In this document: piece after piece, positions 11,841 to 24,395 of the stretch
How the letters are laid out: every line of letters begins with the position of its first letter
How positions within the stretch are numbered: position 1 is the first letter of the stretch
Assembly: GCA_964016885.1 (NCBI GenBank)
Contig: OZ024744.1
Coordinates: 89,342,001-89,406,000 of the forward strand
DNA length: 64,000 nucleotides
Direction of reading: 5' to 3'
Source: Eledone cirrhosa
Lineage: Eukaryota
Translations under genes and position numbers: made by a program
Notes under the pieces: model-generated
Database searches by the model: none
What the model saw: the letters and a program-made list of their open reading frames with translations, nothing else
Told to the model about the DNA's origin: nothing

Positions 11841-13689
11841 TAATAAATACGAATCTGTTGCTACATGTATGGAGTCTTCATTAGTTAATCTTTGTTGATA
11901 GTTCCGTACGCTTAACATCCACACCTCACATACACACATACGTACGTTCATAAATACATACACACATGCATATACACACACACGTACATACACACACATA
12001 GACACAGACGTACGTGCATACATACATACATACATACATAAATACATACATGCATTATTTATACATACATATATAAAAACATAAATACATACATACATAC
12101 ATATTTACATGTATATGGTATGTATTATGTATGTGTGGACATGTATGTGTGTATGTGTGTGTCTGTGTGTGTTTTTATGTTTGTATGTGTGTATGTGTGT
12201 GTGTGTGTCTATGTGTGTTATTATGTTTGTATGTGTGTGTGTAAGTGTGCCGTTAAAGATTGAAAGTGTGTAAGTTTATTTCGACAGCCGATGACAACAG
12301 ATAAAGACTTTAGGTTTAAGAAGAAAAATGCTACACCAAACACAAAGAAAAAAAGAAAAAAAATAAATAAGATGACTGGGGAGTGTGGCTGGTGTGATCC
12401 AGCCTGTCTCAACTTCATGAAATGCCACCATTTTTTATTTACTCTTATTTGTTTCACTGGTTTCAATTATTAGACGCATAATATTTAGTAATAGAAAATT
12501 TTTTCTTATATCATATACAAATCTATTTCAAATAACAACTCTAGAGATATTCAAAAAAGGAAAATGAAGGAAACAGCATGGGCTCTGGGATCACAGAAGA
12601 ATGGGAGAGGAAGGGGAAGGTGATGAGCTCTAGACCTGGGGTGTGGGGGTGTTGGGGGAGTGCCACGCGGACATAACTGCAAAAAGAATTTCGGCGGGCA
12701 ATGGCCAGCGACACCCGCCCGCTGGATCAGTCACCCCACCTCTTGAGGCTCCCTCCTCAGATGGGTTGATGACGTTCCGATCTTGCTGAGGAGCCCGGCA
12801 GAACAAGGTCCAATTACGCCTGAGTTAGTAGACTGCGATCATGTTGGAATACCACTTTGAAAAGACTTAGTCGATAGTCGGTCATCGTTTCGGTCTACCA
12901 AATTTCAATCACAGGCCATTCATTGGTCAACACGTGCCTATATAAGAAGATACTTGTCTATGGCGCCACACAGTGGAAGTGAACCCAAACTTCACAACCA
13001 TACAGCCATGCTTGTACCACGGTATTTCAGAATACTCAGTATAATCCTCAACTAGGGGATTGGTATGGTATATATATAGAACAATGGATTTGTTTTATAG
13101 ATTGCATATCATCGTCTGGGTGATTACTTTACGTATAATAGGTTTACCTGACCAGGGCTAACCTGATGTTAAACAACTACAACAACAGTAACAACAACAT
13201 CACACATTGTTTTAATGAAATTTTGCAAACATTTTGAATAACAAAGTGCACCCTGATTGTTTCGCTATTAAACCATTAATCAATACATAGATTTTAATTT
13301 CATTCTGCAGTTAATTAGATTTGGTAGCGTCGATAGAATGTTGGATATGTGTTCTAAGTCTTTGAGTACTGAGTTCAAATCCCACTTCAGTCCACTTTGC
13401 CTTTCATCCTCTCGAATTCGATTTAAAACATGTATCTGCTCAGACCTGGTTCAGCTGTTTCTCCTATTTATGTCATGTACCTTAGCATTTCAACAAAAAA
13501 TATATCGATATAATAAATACCACTTGATTCAAGAAGGAATGGTCGAGAGAGCGTCGATGTCTGCTCGTGACTGTATCAAAAACATGGTAACCCTACCAAT
13601 TCGTACTCGATTGTGAATGACGGCCGTAGTTTAGATCACATGAATAATTAGTAGCATTGCTTAAAAAAAAGTCTAAATATATTGATTAT

Positions 13690-13990
13690 GAATTAGTCGC
13701 CGTCGAGACCTCGGGAGTTCTCGGATCCTGGACAGCTGACCTCCGTAAAAACGGAGCGATAGCAGATTGTCTGGGGAAATAACCCAGCGAGCTGAGATGG
13801 CTGTTGCAGCGGGTATCACTGACCATTGTCCGGGGAAATGCCTTTATTTTTCCCGTGAGGCGCAGCCGAAACACCCCTCTGACATTGGTGTAGAGACTAT
13901 CACCCTCTCCTCTTCGTCCTTTCATCTACCCCCCCCCCCACCTTTTTTTTCATTTGACTGATAGTCCTTGTTCTTTTTCTCCTTCTCCTC
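13690..13990 (+). mobile_element. Second CRE-like 3' terminus
   Basis: Translates ELVAVETSGVLG...LRWLLQRVSLTIVRGNA, matching the C-terminus at ~7015-7140. Confidence 0.65.
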
Positions 13991-13996
13991 TCAATT

Positions 13997-14360
13997 ATGG
14001 CATTTATAGTCCTTTCCAATACTGCTTTATTTCTCTGTATGTTTGACCAATATATAGTAATGTCTTATCTATGGCATTTATAGTCCTTTCCAATACTGCT
14101 TTATTTCTCTGTATGTTTGACCAATATATAGTAATGTCTTATTTATGGCATTTATAGTCCTTTCCAATACTGCTTTATTTCTCTGTATGTTTGACCAATA
14201 TATAGTAATGTCTTATTTATGGCATTTATAGTCCTTTCCAATACTGCTTTATTTCTCTGTATGTTTGACCAATATATAGTAATGTCTTATTTATGGCATT
14301 TATAGTCCTTTCCAATACTGCTTTATTTCTCTGTATGTTTGACCAATATATAGTAATGTC
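13997..14360. repeat. 74-bp minisatellite, ~4.9 near-identical copies
   Basis: Units start at 13997, 14071, 14145, 14219, 14293. Confidence 0.95.
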
Positions 14361-14457
14361 CGAAATATTTTAGTTTTCTTTCTATTACGATGTCAACATT
14401 TTTTCTTAGTTTTCGACATATGTAAATGATTAATTAGTAATGTATTTTATGTAATTA

Positions 14458-14520
14458 CTAGACCACCCGTGACGCCTTGGGTCATGTTCACTTCAAAATA
14501 TTTTCTAAATAATTAAAATA
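14458..14520 (-). mobile_element. Helitron 3' terminus
   Basis: Minus strand ACCCAAGGCGTCACGGGT hairpin then GGTCTAG|T. Confidence 0.55.
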
Positions 14521-14831
14521 TACACAGACATGTATATAATATGAAATGAAACTGGAAGGCCCATATATATAGGTGTGTGTATGTATATATATATATATAA
14601 ATGTGTGTGTGTATTTACATATATATATTGATTAATACATAAAATTATTAATCATATTGGCTGACAAAGTATTGGTTAACCAAAGTGCTAAAGATAGTCA
14701 CTGTTAGAACCTAAAATCATCTCCACTAATATAAAATTTAAGAATTTTCATTAGGAGCTGTAACACAATAATTCAAAATTCTTTGACACGCTATCCGATT
14801 TTTCTTTGGCAATGTATATACATTTATATAC

Positions 14832-14890
<59 letters not shown>

Positions 14891-15065
14891 CGTATGTGTG
14901 TGTGTGTGTGTGGATGGTAGTAATTGATCTTCTAACAGCTTTACTCTCAGAACTTCTTGTACTATTGCACCCATATAATTGTACTAACACACATAACGTG
15001 GATACATTTCTCTAGACAATTTCTCACCCTTGAACTATTGTATATATTATACATATATATATATA

Positions 15066-18000
15066 GTCTTGGTTGACACTCGTTCTAGAAGTGGTAACAC
15101 GAAATGATTACCCCTTGGCGGATAAGGATAAAACGCGACAAAATAAAGTAAATGTCTAATGATAAAATCTCATACCGGATCGGCCGTCACCCGGGTAAAA
15201 AAGGGCCGCGTTCCTCAGAGAGGAACCAGACTGGGGTAGAAAATCAGCTAATGGTTCAAACCTTCCCATCACTTCGGAGCTGGAGACCTTCCATAACCGG
15301 AATACTCCTACTGTTGGCCCTCCATGCTCACCACCAAGAAATCCAAAGAAAAAGAGAGAAAAATGGTCAAGGGAAGATAATAAAGAAGTCCTTGAGGCTT
15401 TCTACACTGCCATGTACTACCAATCAAATACATCGAATACAGAACAGACATATATCAACTGGAAAAAGAAACAACCCGAAAACAGAGGCTATATTGACAG
15501 TAACAAACTAGCCAATATACGAAGAAATATTGTAAGAAAAAAGTTACTAACTGATATAGAAATTGATCAGATCAAGCTATTAGCACAAAGTCAGCGAAGG
15601 GAAAATGAAACATGTGTCAGTGAAAACGAGGTAAACTGTAACACTTCGAATCCCAGGGTTGGGGCGGAATCACTGGCAACAGAACAAATTAAAGAAAGGA
15701 TCGAAAAAGTGGAGGGAGTGCATGCTCAGGATGAAACTCCAAATGAAAATAATGAGATCGTAAATGATAAAGAAATGAATGAGAATGAACTTGCCAACTT
15801 GAAGGATGAAATTATGATCGAATGGATGAAAATGAAAGAATCTGACATGGGGCAACGAGACACCCTCCCTAAGATCCAGAACTCCAAACAGAACCAAAAG
15901 ATAATACACAAGACTAACATAATTCTCAAAAACATTATCATCACAAACAAACTAAACATTACTGATTTAAATCATCTCTATTATGCATCGGCTAAAGTCA
16001 CCACTCACTTATGTGGAGTGAAGATGAAAAAACAAAGGAATTCCCACAAGAAATCTACTTGGCAAGAGAACATCAATCGCCAAATAAACCTTCTCCGATC
16101 TGACATAGAAATTTTAACAAACTATAAAGTAGGTGAACATGTTAAACAAACTAAACTTAGAAAATTGAAAAAAAAGTACAGTATAAAATCAACATGTGAC
16201 ATAGACATGCTGATAGAAATAATCAAGCAAAAAGTGTCGGCCAAAGCTGCTCGTATAAGGCGCTTTGAAAAACGATCTAGATTCTATAAGGACAATAATA
16301 TGTTCAAAAACAACCAAAGAAACTTCTACAGAAAAATTGGTAAGTCAACAATAACTGCTAAATCAATACCACCCAAGGAGGAAGTGCAAGAATTCTGGGA
16401 AAAGAGCTGGGCCGAAGAAAAAGTTCATAACATACATGCCCTATGGATAGACAGACAAATGAAAGATACAGCTCACCTTGAGGAACAAACATGGGAAAAT
16501 ATAACAGTTGAACAGTGGCGCTTGGCTCTAAGAAAAACCAGCAAATGGAATCCCCAGGAAAAGACAAAATACAAAACTTTTGGATAAATGCCTTCACAGA
16601 GTCTCATGAGCTGTTAGCCCAACTTTACAATGAAATAGTTAAGGAGCCAGAAAAGATACCTTCATGGCTAGTTAACGGCATTACATTCCTGCTTCCGAAG
16701 AATGATGAGATAAACAATCCCAAAAATTACAGACCGATAACTTGCTTGACCACAATGTATAACATTTTAACATCAGTCCTAACTGAATACACATATGACC
16801 ACCTGATAACAAATGACCTATTTCCCATTGAGCAGAAAGGGTGTAAACGAGGCTCATATGGCTGTAAGGATCAGCTTCTGGTTAACAAAATGATACTGGA
16901 AGATTGTCATAATAGACACAAAAATCTATCGATTGCTTGGATAGATTATAAAAAAGCATTCGATAGTTTGCCACACAGTTGGATTGAAAAATGTTTAGAG
17001 ATTTTCAAAATATCCCCCGTTGTCAGGAGGTTTTTGTCATTCAGTATGAAGACATGGAAAACGACACTCCTTTTGAATAGTGAAACAAAATCACTGGAAG
17101 CTGAAGAAGTTAATATTAATTGTGGAATTTTTCAGGGTGACTCTTTATCACCGCTTTTATTCTGCATCGCACTTATACCATTAAGTAAAATGTTCAATGA
17201 AACAAAACATGGATATAAAGTCTATGACAAAAACCATTAATCACCTGTTCTACATGGATGACCTGAAACTATTTGCAAAAAATGATGAACAATTGCACTG
17301 TGAAGCAGTTCAGTGATGACATTAAAATGGAGTTTGGACTAGATAAATGCGCCAAAGCAACGTTCACCAGAGGAAAGCTGCTGAAGAGTTCAGACATTAA
17401 TCTTGATCGGGGGAACGTGATAAGAGAACTTGATCAAGAAAAAACTTACAAATATCTAGGTGTTTGTGAAGGAGATGGAATCAAGCACTCGACAATGAGG
17501 GAAAGGATAAGGAAGGAATGTTACCGCAGAGTAAGAGCAATCTTAAGAACGGAATTGAATGCAAGGAATAGGATCGATGCCATAAACACGCTTGCCATAC
17601 CAGTAGTAACCTACAGTTACAATGTCATGAACTGGTCAAGCACAGAGATCCGTAGGCTCGATACAAAAATTCGAAAATTCTTAACCATGCACAGAATGCA
17701 TCACCCTAAGGCAGATATAGATAGAATATATCTCCCTAGGAAAGAAGGAGGACGTGGGTTAATCCAGTTAAACATTGCGTTGAAAACTGCAACAATTGGA
17801 TTATCTACATATCTAAGGGAATCACATGATTGGATGATCAAACTCGTTTTGAAACACGAAAGCATCAAAAGATCATATTCCATTACAAAAGATGCACAAA
17901 GATACAGTAATGGACTACACATTTCAGAAGTCCCATTTACTGCTAAAATGGAAAACACAGAAAAAGCAAAGCAGGTAAAAGTAACTGAAAAGAAAGAACT

Positions 18001-18927
18001 GCTACAGAAACTGACAAAGAAATGGCAAGAAAAGCCTCTGTATGGAAAATACCCAGAGCGAGCTAACAATCCTGATGTTGACAAAACTTTAACCCATCAG
18101 TGGTTGGCATCCTCTGGACTGAAATCGGAGACTGAAGGACTGATTATATCGGCACAAGATCAGTGTCTGCCAACAAAAAATTACCAAGCCAACATAATAA
18201 AAAATGGGTGCAGCCCATTATGCCGTGTATCCAAAAAACAACCAGAGACCATTGACCATATAATTTCAATGTGCAGTCCTATAGCTCCAACCGAATACCT
18301 AAACAGGCATGACAGAGCTGCACAATACATACATTGGATAATGTGTAAGCATATTGACCTGCCCCATCAAAAGAATTGGTGGGAGCATCAACCACCTCCC
18401 ATACTTGAAAAAGATCACATCTCAATCTTGTGGAACTTTAGCATCCAAACAGACCGAAAAATAGATGCAAACAGACCTGATATAATATTGAAAGACTTTC
18501 AAAAGAGGATATGCCTGCTAATTGATATGTCTGTTCCAATAGACAAGAATGTATCTATAAAAACATTTGAAAAATTGAGCAAGTATAAGGACCTGGAGAT
18601 AGAAATTGGAAAAATGTGGAAATTGAGAACTAAAACAATACCAGTGGTTGTAGGCGCTCTGGGAATGATACCTAAGGGGTCTAACGACTACTTATCGCAA
18701 ATCCCAGGAAACCCGCGTATAGGAGAAATACAAAAGATAGTACTAATGGGAACTGCCCATATACTAAGGAAGATCCTGTCAATATAAGTACATCACAAGT
18801 CTAAACACTAAGGATGCATGTGTGAATATGTATGTTCTTTCTTGAACATGGCGGACCTTGTTGTCTCTTGAGGTCACTGGTTGTGACTTGGTGATAACTC
18901 GTATGAACATAAAGCAAGATAAATGCA

Positions 18928-18930
<3 letters not shown>
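15066..18930 (+). mobile_element. Near full-length R4/Dong-like RLE retrotransposon, frameshifted
   Basis: ORF pieces 15412-16587, 16515-17240, 17273-18787: NYRPIT, IDYKKAFDS, GIFQGDSLSP, YMDD, HIISMC..RHD, NRPDI..D..KLSKY. Ends in (TAA)n. Confidence 0.92.
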
Positions 18931-18958
<28 letters not shown>

Positions 18959-18959
18959 T

Positions 18960-20653
18960 CCTTAGGAAGCGTGAAGATCAAGAGGGGTATCTTCCAGGGA
19001 GATAGTCTGTCCTCTCTGTTGTTTGTCCTTGCCCTGATACCCCTGACCAGTGTACTGCGAAAAGTGAGAGCAGGATACAGGTTGGGAAAGGGAGGGCTTA
19101 CCATCAATCACCTCCTCTTCATGGACGATCATAAGCTCTTCGGGAAGAGTGAGAAATAGTTGGATGTGCTTGTTGACACTGTCCGTATTTTCAGCAATGA
19201 TATATGTATGCAATTTGGTATTAGTAAGTGTGGAGTCATTGTGATGAAGAGGGGGTAAGTTGAGCAGAAGTAACGGAATCCAGGTACCAACAGGCGAGAT
19301 GATAAAGGAAATTGACTCTGAAGAAGGATACAAGTATTTGGGTGTTCTGGAGGCTGATGACATCAAGAACAAAAAAAATGAAGGAATTGATAAGAACTGA
19401 ATACATTCGGAGAGTAAGGAGCGTATTAAAGTCACATCTGAGCAGTAGGAGTGCCATAAGTGCAGTAAATTCCCGAGCTGTGTCTATTATTAGGTACAGT
19501 GCGGGAATTCTGAGATGGAATGTTGCTGAACAAAAAGAAATGGATAGAAGACTAGGAAGTTATTGACTATCTACAACATGTTCCACAAGAGGAGTGATGT
19601 CGATAGACTCTACTTAAGGAGATCTGAAGGTGGAAGAGGTTTTATCAGCATAGAGAACTGTGTTCAGATGGAGAAAAACAACCTACACAGATACGTGACT
19701 GATAATAAGGAGCCAATGCTCAGAACTGTACTGAAGGAGGGGACAATAGGCCAGGGGATGTCCAAGGAGGAAATAACATCAAGGAGAAAGAGCAGCCTTC
19801 AGGAAAAATCCCTTCATAGTACCTTCTTTGAGAAAACTGAATTTAGAGATCCACAGACATGGAACTGGTTGAAAAGAGGAGACCTTAAAAAGGCTACAGA
19901 AGGAATGTTAATGGCTGCGCAAGAGCAGGCCCTCAAAACGAAGTGGTTGAAACACCATATTTACAAGGAGGAGGCTAGCCCACTGTGCAGGATCTGTGGA
20001 GGATCTGTGGAGAGAGAGAGGAGACTGTGGCTCACATTGTATCCGAGTGTAAACACCTAGCCCAGACTCACTATAAGGGCTGGAGACATGATGTGATGGG
20101 CAGGGTGATCCACTGGCACCTATGCAAAGTAAACAATTTACCACATTCTGAGAAGTGGTATGAGCATAAGCCAGAGGCGGTGATAGAAAACGATCAGGTG
20201 AAGGTGCTGTGGGATTTTAGGATACAGACGGACAAGAAACTTGAACAAAATAGACCTGACCTGGTGGTTGTGGACAAGAAAAAAGATCGTGCCTGATTGT
20301 GGATGTGGCCTGCCCATTCGACACGAGAGTGCAAGAGAAGGTGAGGGAGAGGGAGAAAATTAACCGATACCAGGACTTAAAGTGGGAGGTAAAAAGGATT
20401 TGGAACTGCCATGAAGTCAAAGTGATCCCGATTGTCATCGGCGCACTAGGGACTATCTCAAAAAGTTTCCAGGGATGGTTAAAAAAAATTGGCCCCTTCA
20501 CCCTTTTTTTTGGAACGCTTCAAAAGGCATGCTTGCTGGGAACAGAAAGAACACTCCGATACGTCCTGAATATCTGAGGCTGCAGGTAGTGGCTTGATAT
20601 TCATTTCAACAAACTTTCCAGTTAACTAACATCAATGACTGAGACTCAAAGAG
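18960..20653 (+). mobile_element. 5'-truncated R4/Dong-like element (second family) between (TAA)n tracts
   Basis: GIFQGDSLS, LFMDD, CRICG..HIVSEC, NRPDL..D..KINRY; several stops and frameshifts. Confidence 0.9.
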
Positions 20654-20660
20654 TAATAAC

Positions 20661-20695
<35 letters not shown>

Positions 20696-20946
20696 TTTCA
20701 TTTATTGGCCACAAGGGCCGACATATAGGGAACAACACAATAGACAGGGACAGTGGGGGTTTACATAGAGATCGAGTAAGTATAAATAACAAAAAAACAA
20801 AATAACAATAAAAATACAACAATGAAAGTTCCCCAATAAGAGGGATCACCACCCAGGGTTGACTCAAGCACCCCACCAGTCCTGAGCCACCCGACGCTCC
20901 TAGGGCACCCGGGAAGGGCACCCCTCTCCTTCTCGAATTCACCAGC

Positions 20947-23900
20947 CTACAGGCGCATGATCAGAGTAGGCCCACTCACGCGGGCCATTCTCGCCACATT
21001 CACCCACCTTTCAGTAAATGTACTGGGGGGCAGCACTTCTCTCTCCACCCTCACCTTCCTTTCCAAGTGAAACTTGAAGAAGTTGATGAGGGATTGGCCG
21101 AAGAGAAAAGTGTCTGTCTTCAGTCCTTTCAACCTGGTCCACCATGCAACCTCTTTCGCTACTGCCACCAGGCAGAGGAAAATTGCCTGCCCTTCCTGAC
21201 CAAAAGAAGGCGGCGGGTCAATCTTCACTATGGACTCGGACGATAGCCGGATCCGTTCTACACGCGACAATAGCTGTTCGACATAACCCCACAAGTCAGC
21301 AATGCACGGACACTGGACGAGTGCGTGCAGAACGGTTTCGTCGCTCTGCGCGCATCTCGGGCAGGTTCGTCTGACAGCACTTCCGTGCCTGTAGAGTTTA
21401 TCCCGAACCGGCAGCGCCCCCCGGTAGCACTGCCAAGCGAGGGATTTCTGGAAGTTATCCATCGTCCCCGGCTCGAAAGTCCTCCGGAACATACTGGTCA
21501 GTTCTACTTCGTTGACGCCTAGAACCTCTCCTAGTACGTCATCGTACTTGCCCTCCACTAATCCTCTATAGAAATCTTGAGTGGAAGTTCCACTGACCGC
21601 ATTGCCCACCTTGCAGAGTGCAGTGAGCGCCTGGCAACATTCCAGATGCCAGTCGCCCAGTCTCGGTCTCTTCTTGACCCAGGACTGCAGCTCAGTCAAA
21701 GAGATGAGCTGCGGAAAGGCCCGTCTAACAAACGGCGACCACACCTGTTCACCGTTTAGGCAAAATATCTGGAGATGTCGCAGCCTCAGCGCATGTCTGC
21801 GCATCATTAGCCACGGCATGCCCAGCCCTCCACGAAGAGGGTGCTGGCAGCAGATGGACCGCCTCACCAACGGGACCCGTCCCCTCCACAAAAATTTGAA
21901 AAGGAGCCGTTCCAAATTGGCGAGGCGTGGACGGGGGCAAGGCACGACGGTCAGGCGGTAGTAGATGACGGACGCGATGTACGCGTTCGCCACCTCCGCC
22001 CGCCCTTTCAGTGATAGCTTTCTCTCAGCCCATTTCTGGGTGAGGTTGGCTATCCTGCTCGTCACCTCGTCCCAATTCTTATCCACCTGGAGGTCTGGTC
22101 CGAACCAAACCCCGAGCAACTTTACCGGTCCGTCTGTCCAGCGCCCAACGACGCTGTTGGACGGCATGGACTTGCCTCTCCAGGTGCCGAGCTGCAAGCC
22201 CACCGACTTTTCCGGGTTAAGTTTTGCTCCCGTCAACCTTTCATATTCCTCCAAATGGGTGCGGATCACCTCGATTTCCGAGGTGTCCGACACCATCACG
22301 GTGATGTCGTCCGCATAAGCGGACGCAGCCTTTCTGCGTCCCGGTTCGAGCGGGATGCCCTGCAACAACTCCAGCTTCCGCAGTAGAGGCTCAAGAGTCA
22401 ATACGTACAGAAGTGAGGAGAGAGGGCACCCTTGACGGACCGATCGAGAGATCTGAAACGGTTCCGAGAGGTGGCCATTAACTTTGACCACCGAGCAGAT
22501 GCCGCTGTACATTGCAGCGATCCAGCTTCTGAAGACGGGGCCGAAGCCAGCCGCCTCGAGGACAGCCTCCAAGTACCGATGGTCGACCCTATCGAATGCT
22601 TTCGATTGATCTAAATTGATCAGAGCCCCACCGAAGCCAGGTTTGCACCCAACCCTCTCTATGATGAATCGCATGAGGTGGAGGTTGTCGTGTATGGACC
22701 TGGTCGGGATTGCGCAAGTTTGCGCCTCCCCAACCAAATCTTTGACGACAAGCGCCAACCTTTTCGCTAACACCTTGGCCAAAATCTTAAACTCTGTGTT
22801 GAGCAGGGTTATGGGCCTGAAATTATCTAGTGTGTCCCTCTTGTTCTCGTCTTTCCTTATCAGCGTCACTACGCCACGGCTCACAGAACTGGGAATGCTC
22901 CCGTTCTGCTGCCAGTTGCAGTAGAGCGCTTCGAGGAGATCGGAGAACAAGTCTGGCATATTTACGTAAAGCTCGTAGGGCAGACCATCCAAACCGGTTG
23001 ACTTGCTACTCGAGCAGCCGACAAGGGCGTCCTGAATTTCGACTGATGTTATCGGCTCTTCGCAGCGCTCAGCGTCGGCCGTCGAGAGGCGTGGCAAGCC
23101 GTCGAGGTAGGGACTGAAGTCCGCCGCCGTCTCCGACTCACCAATCCTCCCGAACAATCGAGCAAAGTGCTGGCGAAAGGCCTCACACATCTGCTTGGAA
23201 TCGCTCAGTTCGTGTCCATCTCGATCCGTCAAAGACCGAATTGTGGTTTTATTTCCACGCTGCGTCTCTGCAAAGCGAGCCCATCGGGCAGCTTTGGTTC
23301 CCTCGTTCCTCAGAGCACGCGCCTTAGCTCTGACAATGCAACCTTCGTGTTTCGCATTGAAGAAATGGTCTAGTGCCATTCTCGCCGCTAGCACGTCTGT
23401 TGCAATGCCACTACAAATAGCCTCGTCTAACTTAGCTATCAGCCCCTCCTCCTTTCTATTTTTCTCTATTGCTACTTCTTTGCTAAATCCTATCGAGGTT
23501 GCTCTAATCTCTCTTTTGAGAGCCCCCCACCACCTGTTGTTGACAACCCCCCCTGTCAACTTTTGCTTAACTAAGTTGTTGACCCGGTCCCTGTAAGCTT
23601 TACGTGCTGGAAACGACATGTTTAGCTTCCAGTAGCTAGGTCCTAACCTACGTGTCTTATCTAGGTCGACCATACAGATCACAAGCTTGTGATCTGAATA
23701 GGCAACCGTTTTAAAATGTGGACATCCTACACTATTTCTATCTCTTTTCCTAATGAAAATCCTATCTATGTACGATCTAGATGACCCTATGCGATTGGTC
23801 CAGGTCCATACTGGCGCATTAGGGAAATCTAGTCGGTACCTGTCAGACAGTTGAAACTGGCTGATCAGGTACTTGAGGCTTTTGCACCCCCCGCTCCTAT

Positions 23901-24366
23901 CAGATACTCCCACACAATCCCAGCGTGCTTCTAAGATGCCATTCCAATCCCCTATTAACAGTAAAGGGCGAGACGTAAGCAGAAAGTTTTCCAGGCGCCT
24001 AAAGAAGTCCGGCCGACCGGCCCCAGTAGGGGCGTAGACGGCCACCAGTCTAAAGGCACCACCTTCGCTATTGCTCACGTCCAGGACCACCAACTTTCCG
24101 TCAGGATCCCGGAAGATTGACCTTACCTCGAGATCCAGACATTTCCTAAACAGCACAGCCACTCCACCTCCCATTCCCGGCCGACTAACAGATGCAAAGA
24201 TCTGATAATCGTCGAAAATCGGCGCCAGTGCGCGTGTGTCGGAAATTCTGGTCTCGCTGATGGCAATTACATCCATTCCTAGTGACCTGAGGTCGTTGAG
24301 CAAGTGACCTTGCTTCCAGGGCGACCCCAGGCCACGAACATTTAAACTTCCTACTCTTATGGCCAT
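20947..24366 (-). CDS. Tx1 ORF2: APE endonuclease + reverse transcriptase + CCHC, open 1139 aa
   Basis: SLNVRGL, ISET, VYAP, GDWN, IDRI, SDH; FRPITLLN, DQSKAFD, RQGCPLS, YADD; CPRC..H..C. Confidence 0.95.
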   Translation of the reverse strand: MAIRVGSLNVRGLGSPWKQGHLLNDLRSLGMDVIAISETRISDTRALAPIFDDYQIFASVSRPGMGGGVAVLFRKCLDLEVRSIFRDPDGKLVVLDVSNSEGGAFRLVAVYAPTGAGRPDFFRRLENFLLTSRPLLLIGDWNGILEARWDCVGVSDRSGGCKSLKYLISQFQLSDRYRLDFPNAPVWTWTNRIGSSRSYIDRIFIRKRDRNSVGCPHFKTVAYSDHKLVICMVDLDKTRRLGPSYWKLNMSFPARKAYRDRVNNLVKQKLTGGVVNNRWWGALKREIRATSIGFSKEVAIEKNRKEEGLIAKLDEAICSGIATDVLAARMALDHFFNAKHEGCIVRAKARALRNEGTKAARWARFAETQRGNKTTIRSLTDRDGHELSDSKQMCEAFRQHFARLFGRIGESETAADFSPYLDGLPRLSTADAERCEEPITSVEIQDALVGCSSSKSTGLDGLPYELYVNMPDLFSDLLEALYCNWQQNGSIPSSVSRGVVTLIRKDENKRDTLDNFRPITLLNTEFKILAKVLAKRLALVVKDLVGEAQTCAIPTRSIHDNLHLMRFIIERVGCKPGFGGALINLDQSKAFDRVDHRYLEAVLEAAGFGPVFRSWIAAMYSGICSVVKVNGHLSEPFQISRSVRQGCPLSSLLYVLTLEPLLRKLELLQGIPLEPGRRKAASAYADDITVMVSDTSEIEVIRTHLEEYERLTGAKLNPEKSVGLQLGTWRGKSMPSNSVVGRWTDGPVKLLGVWFGPDLQVDKNWDEVTSRIANLTQKWAERKLSLKGRAEVANAYIASVIYYRLTVVPCPRPRLANLERLLFKFLWRGRVPLVRRSICCQHPLRGGLGMPWLMMRRHALRLRHLQIFCLNGEQVWSPFVRRAFPQLISLTELQSWVKKRPRLGDWHLECCQALTALCKVGNAVSGTSTQDFYRGLVEGKYDDVLGEVLGVNEVELTSMFRRTFEPGTMDNFQKSLAWQCYRGALPVRDKLYRHGSAVRRTCPRCAQSDETVLHALVQCPCIADLWGYVEQLLSRVERIRLSSESIVKIDPPPSFGQEGQAIFLCLVAVAKEVAWWTRLKGLKTDTFLFGQSLINFFKFHLERKVRVEREVLPPSTFTERWVNVARMARVSGPTLIMRL

Positions 24367-24395
24367 GCTGGCAGGATGAATGGGAGAGGAAAGGT

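Noticed and set aside
12620-12830. GC-rich patch as host exon
   Set aside because: No convincing ORF, splice pair or motif.
13997-14360. CRISPR-like array
   Set aside because: No unique spacers, no cas genes, eukaryotic context.
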